NCBI GenBank assembly: GCA_964453435.1
Contig: CAYVQZ010000002.1
Location: 20,555-84,554, forward strand
DNA from: an uncultured bacterium
GTDB taxonomy: Bacteria > Abyssobacteria > SURF-5
Direction: 5' to 3'
Length of the DNA stretch: 64,000 nt
The notes below the pieces were generated by a model. That model searched no databases, was not told where the DNA came from, and saw only the letters and a program-made list of their open reading frames with translations. Each line of letters begins with the position of its first letter. Position 1 is the stretch's first letter. Positions 37,867 through 47,167 of the stretch are shown one piece after another. Made by a program: the position numbers and the translations under genes.

Positions 37867-39480
37867 ATGGCGGTTGAACTGAACATGATGATTCTCGGCC
37901 ACGTGATTCAAATGAAGGCGGAGAGTCAGCCCGACAAAAAATGCCTGATATTCGAGCGCAACACAAATCCCGACGTTCACTTGACCTATGCCGACCTGTG
38001 GAGAAGCTCGAATAAGGTGGCCGTCATGCTGAAGGAGCAGGGTGTTGAAAAGGGTGACAAGTTCGCGATAATGATGCGCAATCACCCCGAGTTCCTGTAT
38101 GCGATGACCGCGGGAACGCTGACCGGCGCCGTGTCGGTTCCGATCGACCCGCGCACAAAAGGGCAGAAACTCAAGTATTACCTGAATAATTCCGAGGCGA
38201 AAGTCGTTTTGATAACTTCCGACCTTCTGCCCGTAATCGAGGGAATTATGGGGGATGTGCCCATGGTGAAGGCGATATACGTGGCCTATATGCCGTGGGA
38301 GCAGAAGGGCGACAAGTATCCCTCGCTCAACGAAGTCCTGGCGGGTCCCGAGCACTACGTCGGAAACCAACTGGAGGACCCGACCCACCCGATGGAGATA
38401 ATCTACACATCCGGCACCACGGGTGACCCGAAGGGTGTGGTTCTCCCGAACAACCGCATCGCGTCGTACGGGCTTATCGGTCAGATGGTCTGGCAGTATC
38501 AGGAGGACGATATCCTGTATACCGGGCTCTCTCTCACGCATGGCAACGCGCAGGCCGTGACAGTCATGCCGGGACTCCTGCTCGAACGGCTCGTCGTTCT
38601 GAGCGAGCGCTTCACAAAGAGCCGCCTGTGGGACATCTGCCGGAAGTTCGGATGCACGACTTTCTCATTGCTCGGGGGCATGGCAACCGCGATATACAGC
38701 GAGCCGGAAAAGCCGAACGATGGCGATAACCCGGTGCGCTTCGTCATAAGCGCGGGGATGCCGCGGGCCATATGGGAGCCGTTCGAAAAGCGGTTTAACG
38801 TAAAGATACTCGAGTGGTACGCGGCAGTCGAGGGCGGTTTTGCATACAAGCCGATTGGCCAGGGACCGGTCGGCTCGTTCGGGAAGCCGTTGGCCGGAAT
38901 GCTGGAAATGAAGATTGTCGACGAAAATGACAACGAATGCCCGCCGAATGTGATCGGGGAAATCGTTTCGCGGCCCGCGACCGGTGAGAAGGCCGATGTC
39001 GAATACTACAAGAATCCCGATGCCTCCGCAAAGAAGGTTCGCGGGGGATGGCTGCGCAGCGGCGATATGGGACACGTCGATGAAGACGGGTGGTTCTTCT
39101 TCGATTACCGCAAGGGCGGCGGTATCCGACACAACGGCGACTTCGTTCATCCCGACTATGTCGAGAAGGTGGTGGCGGAACATCCGCACGTCACGGAGGT
39201 GGCCGTCTACGGCGTGCCCGCCGCAAGCGGGGCGCCGGGGGAAAAGGATGTCGTGGCGGCCATCGTCCCGGCCGACAGAGCGAAGCTTGACCTTGCTTCC
39301 GTGTACCAGAAGTGTCGCAGGGAATTGGAATCGAATTTCGTGCCCTCCTATATCCAGGTGCTCGATGAGATTCCGAAGACCATCTCCGAAAAACCGCAGG
39401 AACGATTCCTGATTGAGCTGTTCGAAAAAGATAAGAAGAGCGTTTTTACCGAGGAACAAGTGAAACAGGCGGCCAACTGA
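37867..39480 (+). CDS. AMP-dependent acyl-CoA synthetase/ligase
   Basis: 537 aa with the AMP-binding motif IIYTSGTTGDPKGVVL, the hinge and YRTGD-equivalent (WLRSGDMG), and a conserved C-terminal Lys region. Confidence 0.8.
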   Translation: MAVELNMMILGHVIQMKAESQPDKKCLIFERNTNPDVHLTYADLWRSSNKVAVMLKEQGVEKGDKFAIMMRNHPEFLYAMTAGTLTGAVSVPIDPRTKGQKLKYYLNNSEAKVVLITSDLLPVIEGIMGDVPMVKAIYVAYMPWEQKGDKYPSLNEVLAGPEHYVGNQLEDPTHPMEIIYTSGTTGDPKGVVLPNNRIASYGLIGQMVWQYQEDDILYTGLSLTHGNAQAVTVMPGLLLERLVVLSERFTKSRLWDICRKFGCTTFSLLGGMATAIYSEPEKPNDGDNPVRFVISAGMPRAIWEPFEKRFNVKILEWYAAVEGGFAYKPIGQGPVGSFGKPLAGMLEMKIVDENDNECPPNVIGEIVSRPATGEKADVEYYKNPDASAKKVRGGWLRSGDMGHVDEDGWFFFDYRKGGGIRHNGDFVHPDYVEKVVAEHPHVTEVAVYGVPAASGAPGEKDVVAAIVPADRAKLDLASVYQKCRRELESNFVPSYIQVLDEIPKTISEKPQERFLIELFEKDKKSVFTEEQVKQAAN

Positions 39481-39532
39481 AGAGGCGCCGCTTCACGTGG
39501 TCTCGGGGTGAACCGTTAGCAACGAAGGAAGG

Positions 39533-40825
39533 GTGAGCGCTCCCTCTTTGGGAGTGCGCGATAAAATGAAAGCAGCCAGTTCGCGGAAGCGTCTCGAGAT
39601 TTCGAAAGAACTCTGGAAGCTGGTTCCAAAGTATTTCGCCGAGGCCCACGCTGCGAAAGCCGAAGGCAAACTCGTCGGCTGGATGCCGCCCATGAACGGC
39701 GCGATCGAGGTGTTTCGCGCGATGGATATCATGCCGGTCATGCCGGAGAACTGGTCTCCCATTTGCGCGGCCACCGGGCTGGCGCCCGAGTGCATGGAGG
39801 CGGCGGAGCGAATGGGGTACTCACGCGACCTGTGCGGCTACCTGAGAAACGCGCTCGGCTACATTCACGAAGGAATGAAAAGGGCCGACCAGCCGCTTGG
39901 CGGGTTGCCGTCGCCCGACCTAATCATAGCGTTCGGCGGCGGGTGTATACCCGCGATGAAAATTTTCCAGGCCTTTGCCGAACACTTCCGCGTGCCGACC
40001 TATATCGCCGACGGCCCGCAGATTCCCCCCGAAGAGATAAACGACGAGACCATCTCGTTTGCCGCCGACCGGTTCCGCGACTTCATACGGTGGCTCGAGG
40101 AGCAAACCGGCAAGAAGCTGGATATGGACCGGCTGAGGGAAGTCGTGCGCCTTTCAGACCGAGCCTGCGAATTGTGGGACGAGATCATGGATTATCGGCG
40201 CTGTGTGCCGACCCCGTTCAGCGCGGCCGAAATCGGGGTGATGTTCGTCATGGTGGTTCTCCCGGGCACTCAGGACGCCGTCGATTTTCTCGAAAAATTC
40301 AAGCATGAGGTGCGGGAAAGAGCCGAGAAGGGGATTGGGTGTGTTCCCGAGGAACGGTTCCGCCTGTTTTGGGATAATATCCCGCTGTGGTACAACATGG
40401 GTATTTTCAATTACTTTGAAAAGTGGGGCGCGGTCGTCGTCGCAGAAACGTATTCCGCCGCATGGTCTATCCGGCTCGATTGGGAGAATCCCATCGAAAG
40501 CCTTGCCCGGAAAAGTATACTTTCATTTCCGCTTGTCTCCAATGTGTCCCTGAAAAAGCGTATCGATATGGTGCTCGACGCCTGCCGAAAATACAAAATT
40601 GACGGCGCCATCCTTCACTCCAACAAAAGCTGCAAGCCCATATCGCTCGGCCAAATGGACATTCGGCGCGTGCTCATGGATGAGTTGGAGGTTCCGAGCG
40701 TGATGTTCGAAGCCGACCATATGGATGTGCGAAACTGGAGCGACGCCCAGGTGAAAAATCGGCTCGATGCGTTCATGGACATGCTCGAGCAACGGAAGTT
40801 CGGCTCTCCGGCCCCCGCCCCCTGA
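39533..40825 (+). CDS. 2-hydroxyacyl-CoA dehydratase family protein (HgdB/BcrB/BadE D-component-like), orphan subunit
   Basis: 430 aa with the HGD-D-like motif DLCGYLRNALGYI and conserved Cys positions (GGGCIP, GIGCVPEE). No partner subunit or activase lies within the window. The likely start is ATG 39566. Confidence 0.6.
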   Translation: MSAPSLGVRDKMKAASSRKRLEISKELWKLVPKYFAEAHAAKAEGKLVGWMPPMNGAIEVFRAMDIMPVMPENWSPICAATGLAPECMEAAERMGYSRDLCGYLRNALGYIHEGMKRADQPLGGLPSPDLIIAFGGGCIPAMKIFQAFAEHFRVPTYIADGPQIPPEEINDETISFAADRFRDFIRWLEEQTGKKLDMDRLREVVRLSDRACELWDEIMDYRRCVPTPFSAAEIGVMFVMVVLPGTQDAVDFLEKFKHEVRERAEKGIGCVPEERFRLFWDNIPLWYNMGIFNYFEKWGAVVVAETYSAAWSIRLDWENPIESLARKSILSFPLVSNVSLKKRIDMVLDACRKYKIDGAILHSNKSCKPISLGQMDIRRVLMDELEVPSVMFEADHMDVRNWSDAQVKNRLDAFMDMLEQRKFGSPAPAP

Positions 40826-40831
40826 GAGAAT

Positions 40832-40877
40832 GAATCCTGTCCTGCGATTGCATAGCGAAGGGGTTATTGGGGGACAC
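40832..40877 (-). repeat. dispersed intergenic repeat, family 2, copy 3 (reverse orientation)
   Basis: The reverse complement gives GAGCGTGTCCCCCAATAACCCCTTCGCTATGCAATCGCAGGACAGGATTC. It directly abuts a family-1 copy at 40915-41045. Confidence 0.5.
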
Positions 40878-40914
40878 GCTCACTGTGAATCTGCCCGACA
40901 ATTATGAATGTCAG

Positions 40915-41045
40915 CGAAACGAAGCGCGGGGGCTGTACCCAATTACGGAACCCCCCGTATTTTGGGGATTCGTAGATTGGCGGACTGCCCCCGAAGCGCA
41001 GGACATGGAATTATCGGAGGGACTCACTGTTCCCGATGGGGAACT
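40915..41045. repeat. dispersed intergenic repeat, family 1, copy C
   Basis: AATTACGGAACCCCCCGTATTTTGGGGATTCGTAGATTGGCGGACTGCCCCCGAAGCGCAGG...AATTATCGGAGGGACTCACTGTTCCCGATGGGGAAC. It shares an exact 25-mer with copy A and AATTATCGGA with copy B. Confidence 0.55.
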
Positions 41046-41114
41046 CTTCTGGCGAGCCCTGAAACAGATTCATGATTCCTTACCGGTAAATGGGACCAGC
41101 TTGACCTCTTCGTT

Positions 41115-41975
41115 ATGGAGAATCAGAAGCAGCAGGAGAACGAAGCGAACCAAAAACCCTTCTCGTTTCCCATCATTGACTTTCACGTCCACTTGTTTCC
41201 CGACCGTTTCTTTGACGCCATTTGGGATTTTTTCCGCAGGGAATATCAATGGAGCGTCGAATACCGGTTATATACGCCGCAGATTATTCGATTTCTCGGG
41301 CAGCGGGGCGTCGAAAAGATAGTATTTTCGAATTACGCCCACAAGGCGGGAGTCGCGTCGGTGTTGAACGCGTGGAATCTCGCTCTGCTCGAAGGACACG
41401 AGAACCTGTATTGTTTCGCCGCTTTCCATCCCGACGACACTTTCTGTATGAGCGAAATAGGGCAACTGCTCCAGCATCCGCGCATACTCGGCTTTAAGCT
41501 GCAACTGCTGGTTCAGAGGTTCTACCCACACGACGAACGACTGTTCCCTCTGTATGAGGCCGTTATCGAAGCGGGAAAGCGCATCCTCATGCACGTCGGA
41601 ACAGGCCCCGTCGGAAACGAATTCGTGGGTATCAGACAGCTGCGAAGGCTTCTGGGCCGCTATCCCCGGCTTGCTGTGAACGTGCCGCACATGGGAGAAC
41701 TCGAGGTCCCCGACTTCCTTGAATTGCTCGGTGAATATCCGAATATCTTCTTGGACACCGCCTTTGCGTTCTATCCGCTGCCCGGCAGGTTCTACACGAT
41801 AGGGCGGGACGACCTGTTGCGACATCAGGACCGGATCGTATACGGGTCGGACTTTCCGAATCTGATTTTCAGATGGGATACCGAGATACGGGCGTTGAAA
41901 AGGTTTGAATTACCTGAGCTGGTTTATCGACGCATCTTCTATGAGAACGGGCTGAGACTTCTCGGCTCGCATTAG
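41115..41975 (+). CDS. amidohydrolase-2 (TIM-barrel metal-dependent hydrolase, ACMSD-like) family protein
   Basis: 286 aa with the N-terminal metal ligands IIDFHVHLFPD, the internal MHVGTG, and the C-terminal VYGSDFP, typical of PF04909. Confidence 0.7.
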   Translation: MENQKQQENEANQKPFSFPIIDFHVHLFPDRFFDAIWDFFRREYQWSVEYRLYTPQIIRFLGQRGVEKIVFSNYAHKAGVASVLNAWNLALLEGHENLYCFAAFHPDDTFCMSEIGQLLQHPRILGFKLQLLVQRFYPHDERLFPLYEAVIEAGKRILMHVGTGPVGNEFVGIRQLRRLLGRYPRLAVNVPHMGELEVPDFLELLGEYPNIFLDTAFAFYPLPGRFYTIGRDDLLRHQDRIVYGSDFPNLIFRWDTEIRALKRFELPELVYRRIFYENGLRLLGSH

Positions 41976-42346
41976 TTTCCGGCAAGAATTTCATTGGCCT
42001 CCCATTTTTTATCCAGCCTGGTGGCGCTGTATGTGGCGCACTCGGAACAAATTCGTAATCGGCCACGTTGTTGTAACGGCAATCACGAAACCGTATTTCG
42101 GGAAAGGCATTATTTTCCGAAGCCAAGTATATGCTAAGCCAAGTCTTATCAAATAGTTACGCGAGTCAGAACGCAGTCAATCGGCTTGCGCGTCATGGCA
42201 CACAACTTGCCCTTTGCTTATCATACAAAAGAGCATTCGCGTTTGTTGATGGAGCGCTTGTTGGGCCGGGCAGACGTTATACCGCAAGCGCCGAGCCGAC
42301 GACCGCGATTTCGGAAAACAAATCGCGGCGCGGGCACAGGAAGGTG

Positions 42347-44350
42347 ATGAACATGGGAAGAAATCTGTTAATCCTGCTCATGCTGGTCTTTTTCAATGCG
42401 GCCGCGTTCGCTGAGACAGCGACATTCCATGTGGCGGAAACAGACCTGGAAGACACCTCCGCAGGGTTGGGCCTCTATGGGAGCTCGAATGATTTCGACA
42501 ACCCGAACGGCTGGCACTTCTTTGGTTATTCGCGTTACACGTATGCTTATTACAATGCGTATTGGCGGTGGGCGCTTACCATTCCGAAGGGCTCAATAAT
42601 AAACCATGCCTATGTGCGCATTCGTTCCGATTACACGAATTCGGGAAATCTCGATGCCGCCTTCCAGGCGCTTGTCGCGGACAAGAGATGGGAGACCGGT
42701 AAGGGATTCAACCGCGAAAGCTATCCCAACGGAACGGCCCTGAAAAATATCCCGCTGCAAGGGGCTCCCGTCGTTTGGGCCATAACGGACTCATGGAACG
42801 AGGGCGGCTGGCACGTCAGCCCGGACATAGCAGACCTCGTGCAGGAGCGTCTGTGGAACGTCGGTTATGCTCCGGACGGCGAAGAAGGAAAATATTTCGG
42901 CCTCGTGCTGAAGCATGTTTCCGGCTATGCGTACAGGACCGGCACGCAACAGCCCGACGATAATTCTTTTGTGGCTGAACTCTATGTGGACTGGACTCCG
43001 AATTTTGACGGAATGCCGGAATATGAGAGCATTGTTTTTCACGTGGGCGACTCCGACATCGAGGACACATACGCAGAAGGTCGGGTGGGCGGAACCAACG
43101 GCTTCGCCGACATAAACGGTCATCAATATGTCGGATATTCTGCGCTTACCGGAGCGATTTACGATTCTTATTGGCGATGGCCCTTGACCGTCCCGAAGGG
43201 GGCCACGATAGTCGAGGCGCACGTGCGGCTGCGTTCCAACTACACCACCTCAGGTTTGGTCGACACCGCTCTTGAGGCATTGTCGCCCGATGACAAATGG
43301 GAAGAGAGCGGTGGCTTCGGCGCCGATAATTATCCGGATGGAATGTCCCTGACCGACATTCCCCGGCAGGGATTGCCGGTGGTCTGGGACTTGATGCCCG
43401 ACTGGACCGTTGGAGATTGGTATCAGAGTCCGGACATTGCAAACCTTGTGCAGGAGCGTATCGATAACGGGGATTACGACCCCTTCGATATCAATTATCG
43501 GCATTTCGGGCTGGTATTGTCCTACATCGCGGGTTCCGGCTATCGGGTGGCGACACAGGAACCCCATGACGACACTCTCACCGCACACCTGTTCGTGAAA
43601 TGGATACCGCCCGACGACGGATGCGAAGAGGTCGAAGTCTGCGGCGATGGGATAGACAACGATTGCGACGGGGAAATTGACGAGTTCTGTAACACATGTC
43701 CAATTGCCGAAGCCGGAGGAGACCAGTCGGTATACCGGGGAGACATCGTGTTGCTCGACGGCAGCGGCAGTTCGGATGCAGACGGCGACCAGCTTGCCTA
43801 TATGTGGTCGCTTGTCAGCAGGCCCGAAGGCAGCTCGGCGGCGCTTTCCGGCTCGCTGACGGCGACGCCCGCATTCGCAGCGGATGCGCCCGGCGACTAC
43901 ATAATCGAACTCGTTGTCGATGACGGCGCGTGTTCGAGTGAGCCTGATACCTGCATCGTCACGGCTTTCATCCCGGAATATCTCTGTCCCATGGGTATGG
44001 GATATTGGAAAAACCATTCCGACGAATGGCCGGTTCAGTCGATGTGGTTGGGAGCGGTGAACTATACCAGGGATGAATTGCTTGCGATCCTGAAGAGGCC
44101 CGTGAAGGGCGACGCCAGCATGCTGCTTGCTCGCCAGCTCATTTCAGCGAAACTTAACATCGCGAACGGTTCCGACCCGCGTCCGGTTGAAGAAACTGTC
44201 ATCGTGGCGGACCAATTGCTCAGTGGGTTCTCTGGCCCACTGCCTTACAAAGTGAAACCGTCCTCCGGTACCGGCCGCTCTATGCTCGAGGCCGCGAAAA
44301 TTCTCGATGCATACAACGGGGGTGAGCTGACGCCGGAGTGCGAGCCGTAA
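42347..44350 (+). CDS. large secreted protein: two tandem ~200-aa repeats of an unknown domain + PKD-like (K319L-type) domain + C-terminal domain
   Basis: The start was moved to ATG 42347 (RBS AGGAAGG; signal peptide MNMGRNLLILLMLVFFNAAAFA). Repeat 1 (FHVAETDLEDTS...ELYVDWTP) and repeat 2 (FHVGDSDIEDTY...HLFVKWIP) share YWRW(A/P)LT(I/V)PKG, SPDIA(D/N)LVQER and HFGLVLS. A Cys-rich linker (CGDGIDNDCDGEIDEFC) follows, then LLDGSGSSDADGDQLAYMWSLV (PKD-like). Confidence 0.7.
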   Translation: MNMGRNLLILLMLVFFNAAAFAETATFHVAETDLEDTSAGLGLYGSSNDFDNPNGWHFFGYSRYTYAYYNAYWRWALTIPKGSIINHAYVRIRSDYTNSGNLDAAFQALVADKRWETGKGFNRESYPNGTALKNIPLQGAPVVWAITDSWNEGGWHVSPDIADLVQERLWNVGYAPDGEEGKYFGLVLKHVSGYAYRTGTQQPDDNSFVAELYVDWTPNFDGMPEYESIVFHVGDSDIEDTYAEGRVGGTNGFADINGHQYVGYSALTGAIYDSYWRWPLTVPKGATIVEAHVRLRSNYTTSGLVDTALEALSPDDKWEESGGFGADNYPDGMSLTDIPRQGLPVVWDLMPDWTVGDWYQSPDIANLVQERIDNGDYDPFDINYRHFGLVLSYIAGSGYRVATQEPHDDTLTAHLFVKWIPPDDGCEEVEVCGDGIDNDCDGEIDEFCNTCPIAEAGGDQSVYRGDIVLLDGSGSSDADGDQLAYMWSLVSRPEGSSAALSGSLTATPAFAADAPGDYIIELVVDDGACSSEPDTCIVTAFIPEYLCPMGMGYWKNHSDEWPVQSMWLGAVNYTRDELLAILKRPVKGDASMLLARQLISAKLNIANGSDPRPVEETVIVADQLLSGFSGPLPYKVKPSSGTGRSMLEAAKILDAYNGGELTPECEP

Positions 44351-44371
44351 GATTTTCTCTTCCCCTTATAC

Positions 44372-44427
44372 CGACGAGGGCCGCAAGCGCGAGGACGGAG
44401 CGCTTTGCGGCTCTCGTCTTTGATTTC
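44372..44427 (+). terminator. candidate rho-independent terminator after the large secreted-protein gene
   Basis: An imperfect stem of about 18 bp, CGACGAGGGCCGCAAGCGC / GCGCTTTGCGGCTCTCGTC, with loop GAGGACGGA is followed by TTTGATTTC. It lies 22 nt after the TAA stop. Confidence 0.4.
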
Positions 44428-44844
44428 GAGCCCGCATTCTCAGATAAGATAGTAACATAGTCCTGTTTGAGCCAAATATTCAATCGTGCAGAGCTTTGCC
44501 CACTCCAACCGGCGCCGGCGCCATCTTCTTCGCCAGGGTATCGCTGCGGGGAAATTTTCGTGGTCTTGCGGTCGAAAGAGGTCATTTGTGAGTTTTGGCG
44601 TTGTGAGCTTGCTTACAGACCGAAATATTGTTAATGTATTTTATTGTTTTAGGAGGGCCGGACTCAGGCTTCCCGGGACAAGTACTGCGCGGAAGCGCGG
44701 AGCGCCGAATCGAGGAGCGGTCCGGGTGGCTGGAATTTTTGAATAAAACGAGTGTATGCAACGTCTATAATAATAATGGCAGTTGCTAAACTTGGCGTTG
44801 TTTTGGTGAATGGGGGAAAGTTGTCTAAGCGAAAGGAAGGGATT

Positions 44845-45387
44845 ATGAGAAGCTTGTTGTGGGTAGTGACGGTGTTAATTGCATTCGGGCTGGTCAGTTC
44901 ATCGAGTTCCGCCGAAAACGCCGAGCACAATTACGTTGGCGTGAAGGGCTGCAAAATGTGTCATATGGCGCCGGCCAAAGGCGCTCAGTATAAATCATGG
45001 GAAGAATCCAAGCACGCGAAAGCCTATGAGACCCTCGGCACAGAGGAAGCCAAGAAAATTGCCGCCGAACAAGGGATAGAGGACCCGCAGAAGAGCGCGG
45101 AATGTCTGAAGTGCCACGTGACCGGATATGGCGCTGACGCGTCGCGGTTCGAACCCACGTACACGATGGAGGAAGGTGTGGGCTGCGAAAGCTGTCACGG
45201 CGCGGGCAAAGACTACAAGAACATCAAAATAATGAAGGATGTGGAACAGGCGAAAGCCAACGGGCTCATCCTGCCGACTGAGGAGGTCTGCAGGAAATGT
45301 CACAACGAAGAGAGCCCGACCTATAAAGAGTTCGATTTTGAGGCAAGATACAAGGAAATAGCCCACCCGAGGCCCGAAAAGGAGTAG
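44845..45387 (+). CDS. tetraheme c-type cytochrome (secreted)
   Basis: Four CxxCH motifs (CKMCH, CLKCH, CESCH, CRKCH) in about 150 aa after a signal peptide (MRSLLWVVTVLIAFGLVSSSSSA). The start was moved to ATG 44845, which has the RBS AAAGGAAGG (track ORF 44752). Confidence 0.75.
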   Translation: MRSLLWVVTVLIAFGLVSSSSSAENAEHNYVGVKGCKMCHMAPAKGAQYKSWEESKHAKAYETLGTEEAKKIAAEQGIEDPQKSAECLKCHVTGYGADASRFEPTYTMEEGVGCESCHGAGKDYKNIKIMKDVEQAKANGLILPTEEVCRKCHNEESPTYKEFDFEARYKEIAHPRPEKE

Positions 45388-45486
45388 GGGAAAGCTTTTC
45401 AAAACCTTGTTGTCACACATCTCCCATGTCTTAATTGGGGGGAATTCCGACGGAGTTCCCCCCATCTGTTTTGCGGTTGGTGACGC

Positions 45487-45530
45487 GGGTTATCGGGAGG
45501 AGCCATGCCGCATGGTGTCCCCAATAAACC
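45487..45530 (+). repeat. dispersed intergenic repeat, family 2, copy 4 (GGGTTATCGGG...CCATGCCGCATGGTGTCCCCAATAAACC)
   Basis: Shares the CATGGTGTCCCCAATAA(A)CC core with the copies at 8940, 37517 and 40832. It lies between the cytochrome c and EncFtn-like genes. Confidence 0.5.
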
Positions 45531-45751
45531 CTGGCCGTGAGCGCCGATTTAACAAACCCGTCTTGCGCACTTCTTTCCCGCAATGTTATGATTCTATTGG
45601 TCTCTGGTGAAGTCTCTTTGGTTTGTACGAGCATGGAAAAGGGGCAGACATCCGCATTTTTTGATTTTCGGATTCGCTCCGTTGACGATTCCTTTGGACA
45701 ACTTGACGCCGGTTTGACCACTGGTGAAACCGAAAGCAAGGAGGACTGGCT

Positions 45752-46045
45752 ATGGCAGGGGCATATCATGAGCCGCACGAGAGACTCTCGAAAAGCACGC
45801 AGGATTTACACCGCGCCTGGATGTCGCTGAAAGAGGAAATCGAAGCAATGGACTGGTATCAGCAGCGCATCGATGCCACCGACAACAAAGAACTGAAGGA
45901 CATTCTGGCACATAACCGGGATGAAGAAAAAGAGCACGCAGCGATGCTCATGGAGTGGATACGCAGGAACGACGCCGAATTCGCGAAGGAGATGAAGGAT
46001 TATCTGTTCACCGAAAAACCGGTAACCGAAATCGAGGAATCGTAG
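45752..46045 (+). CDS. EncFtn-like (encapsulated-ferritin family) ferritin-like protein, without recognisable cargo-loading peptide
   Basis: 97 aa. The segment EEIEAMDWYQQRIDATDNKELKDILAHNRDEEKEHAAMLMEWIRRNDAEFAKEMKDYLFTEKP matches, by recall, the EncFtn ferroxidase signature (E/Y/E-x-x-H spacing 29/36/59/62; ILAHNRDEEKEHAAM). RBS AAGGAGG lies 8 nt upstream. The protein ends ...TEIEES with no GSL-type targeting tail, and no encapsulin gene is adjacent. Confidence 0.55.
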   Translation: MAGAYHEPHERLSKSTQDLHRAWMSLKEEIEAMDWYQQRIDATDNKELKDILAHNRDEEKEHAAMLMEWIRRNDAEFAKEMKDYLFTEKPVTEIEES

Positions 46046-46066
46046 CGAATCCGCCTCGCCTGTCAC

Positions 46067-47017
46067 ATGATTCATTTTCATCAGCCGCTGTCTACAGTGC
46101 CGCATTTTCACGCACGCGAGGAGGGTGAAGGTCAGCATTTTCATCGCGTGGTCGAACGCAGGCGACTTATCCTGGCAATGGCAGTGACGGGCGGCGCGAT
46201 GGTTGTGGAGGTGGTTGGCGGCCTGCTCACCGGCAGTCTCGCCCTCCTGAGCGACGCCGGCCACATGCTTACTCACTTCTTTGCGTTGCTGGTGAGCTTC
46301 ATCGCCATCAAGCTGGCGGCCCTGCCCACTCGCCCCAACCGAAGCTTTGGTTTGTACAGGGTCGAGGTGCTTGCGGCGCTGTTCAACGGTATCACCCTGT
46401 TATTCATCATTGCCTTCATTTTCCATGAAGCGGTCAACCGGCTCCTGAATCCCGCGCCGATCAAAGTATTGCCCATGCTCATGGTGGCCGTTGTCGGATT
46501 GGTCGTCAACATGGTTTCGGCGATTATCTTGCTCGACGTGGGCAAGACCGACTTGAACGTGCGCAGTGCGTTCCTGCACATGCTCGGAGATACGGCATCG
46601 TCGGGCGGCATCGTTATCGGTTCCGTGGTCATCTACTTCACGGGCTGGTATGCGATCGACCCCATGCTGAGCATGCTCATTGCCCTTGTAATCCTTGTTT
46701 GGAGCTGGAATCTTCTCAGGGATTCGGTTAACATTTTGCTCGAAACCGCTCCCCGGCATATTGACATCGATGATGTGATCAAAGCGATTCGGGTAAGTGC
46801 GCCGGAGGTCGCCGACGTGCACGACGTGCACATTTGGGAGATTACCTCGCAGATGTATTCCATGACCGCTCACATTGTCTTTCGGGACGACTGTCATGTC
46901 AGCGAATGCGCGGCCGTGTTCGAGCGTCTCCGTCGGCCATTGCTCGAGCAGTTTCGGATATCCCATGTCAATTTCAGTCCCGAGTACGACCGTTCGTCGC
47001 AAGGCCGGGGAGCTTGA
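46067..47017 (+). CDS. cation diffusion facilitator (CDF) family divalent-metal efflux transporter
   Basis: 316 aa with an N-terminal His-rich segment (HFHQP...HFHAREEGEGQHFH), six TM helices with metal-site motifs LLSDAGHML and HMLGDTASS, and a C-terminal cytoplasmic domain typical of CzcD/FieF. Confidence 0.85.
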   Translation: MIHFHQPLSTVPHFHAREEGEGQHFHRVVERRRLILAMAVTGGAMVVEVVGGLLTGSLALLSDAGHMLTHFFALLVSFIAIKLAALPTRPNRSFGLYRVEVLAALFNGITLLFIIAFIFHEAVNRLLNPAPIKVLPMLMVAVVGLVVNMVSAIILLDVGKTDLNVRSAFLHMLGDTASSGGIVIGSVVIYFTGWYAIDPMLSMLIALVILVWSWNLLRDSVNILLETAPRHIDIDDVIKAIRVSAPEVADVHDVHIWEITSQMYSMTAHIVFRDDCHVSECAAVFERLRRPLLEQFRISHVNFSPEYDRSSQGRGA

Positions 47018-47167
47018 GGAGACCCGAAATTGTCCGGAACATAGATTGAAGATACTGTTGTTTGGTCTCTTTCCAAAACACAAAGAGGCGGATATAATAG
47101 GAAGTGGCTGGTGGAGGGCGCCGGGTCGTCAGATTGCGCGCACAAAAGCGAGAAGGGGACCATCCGC

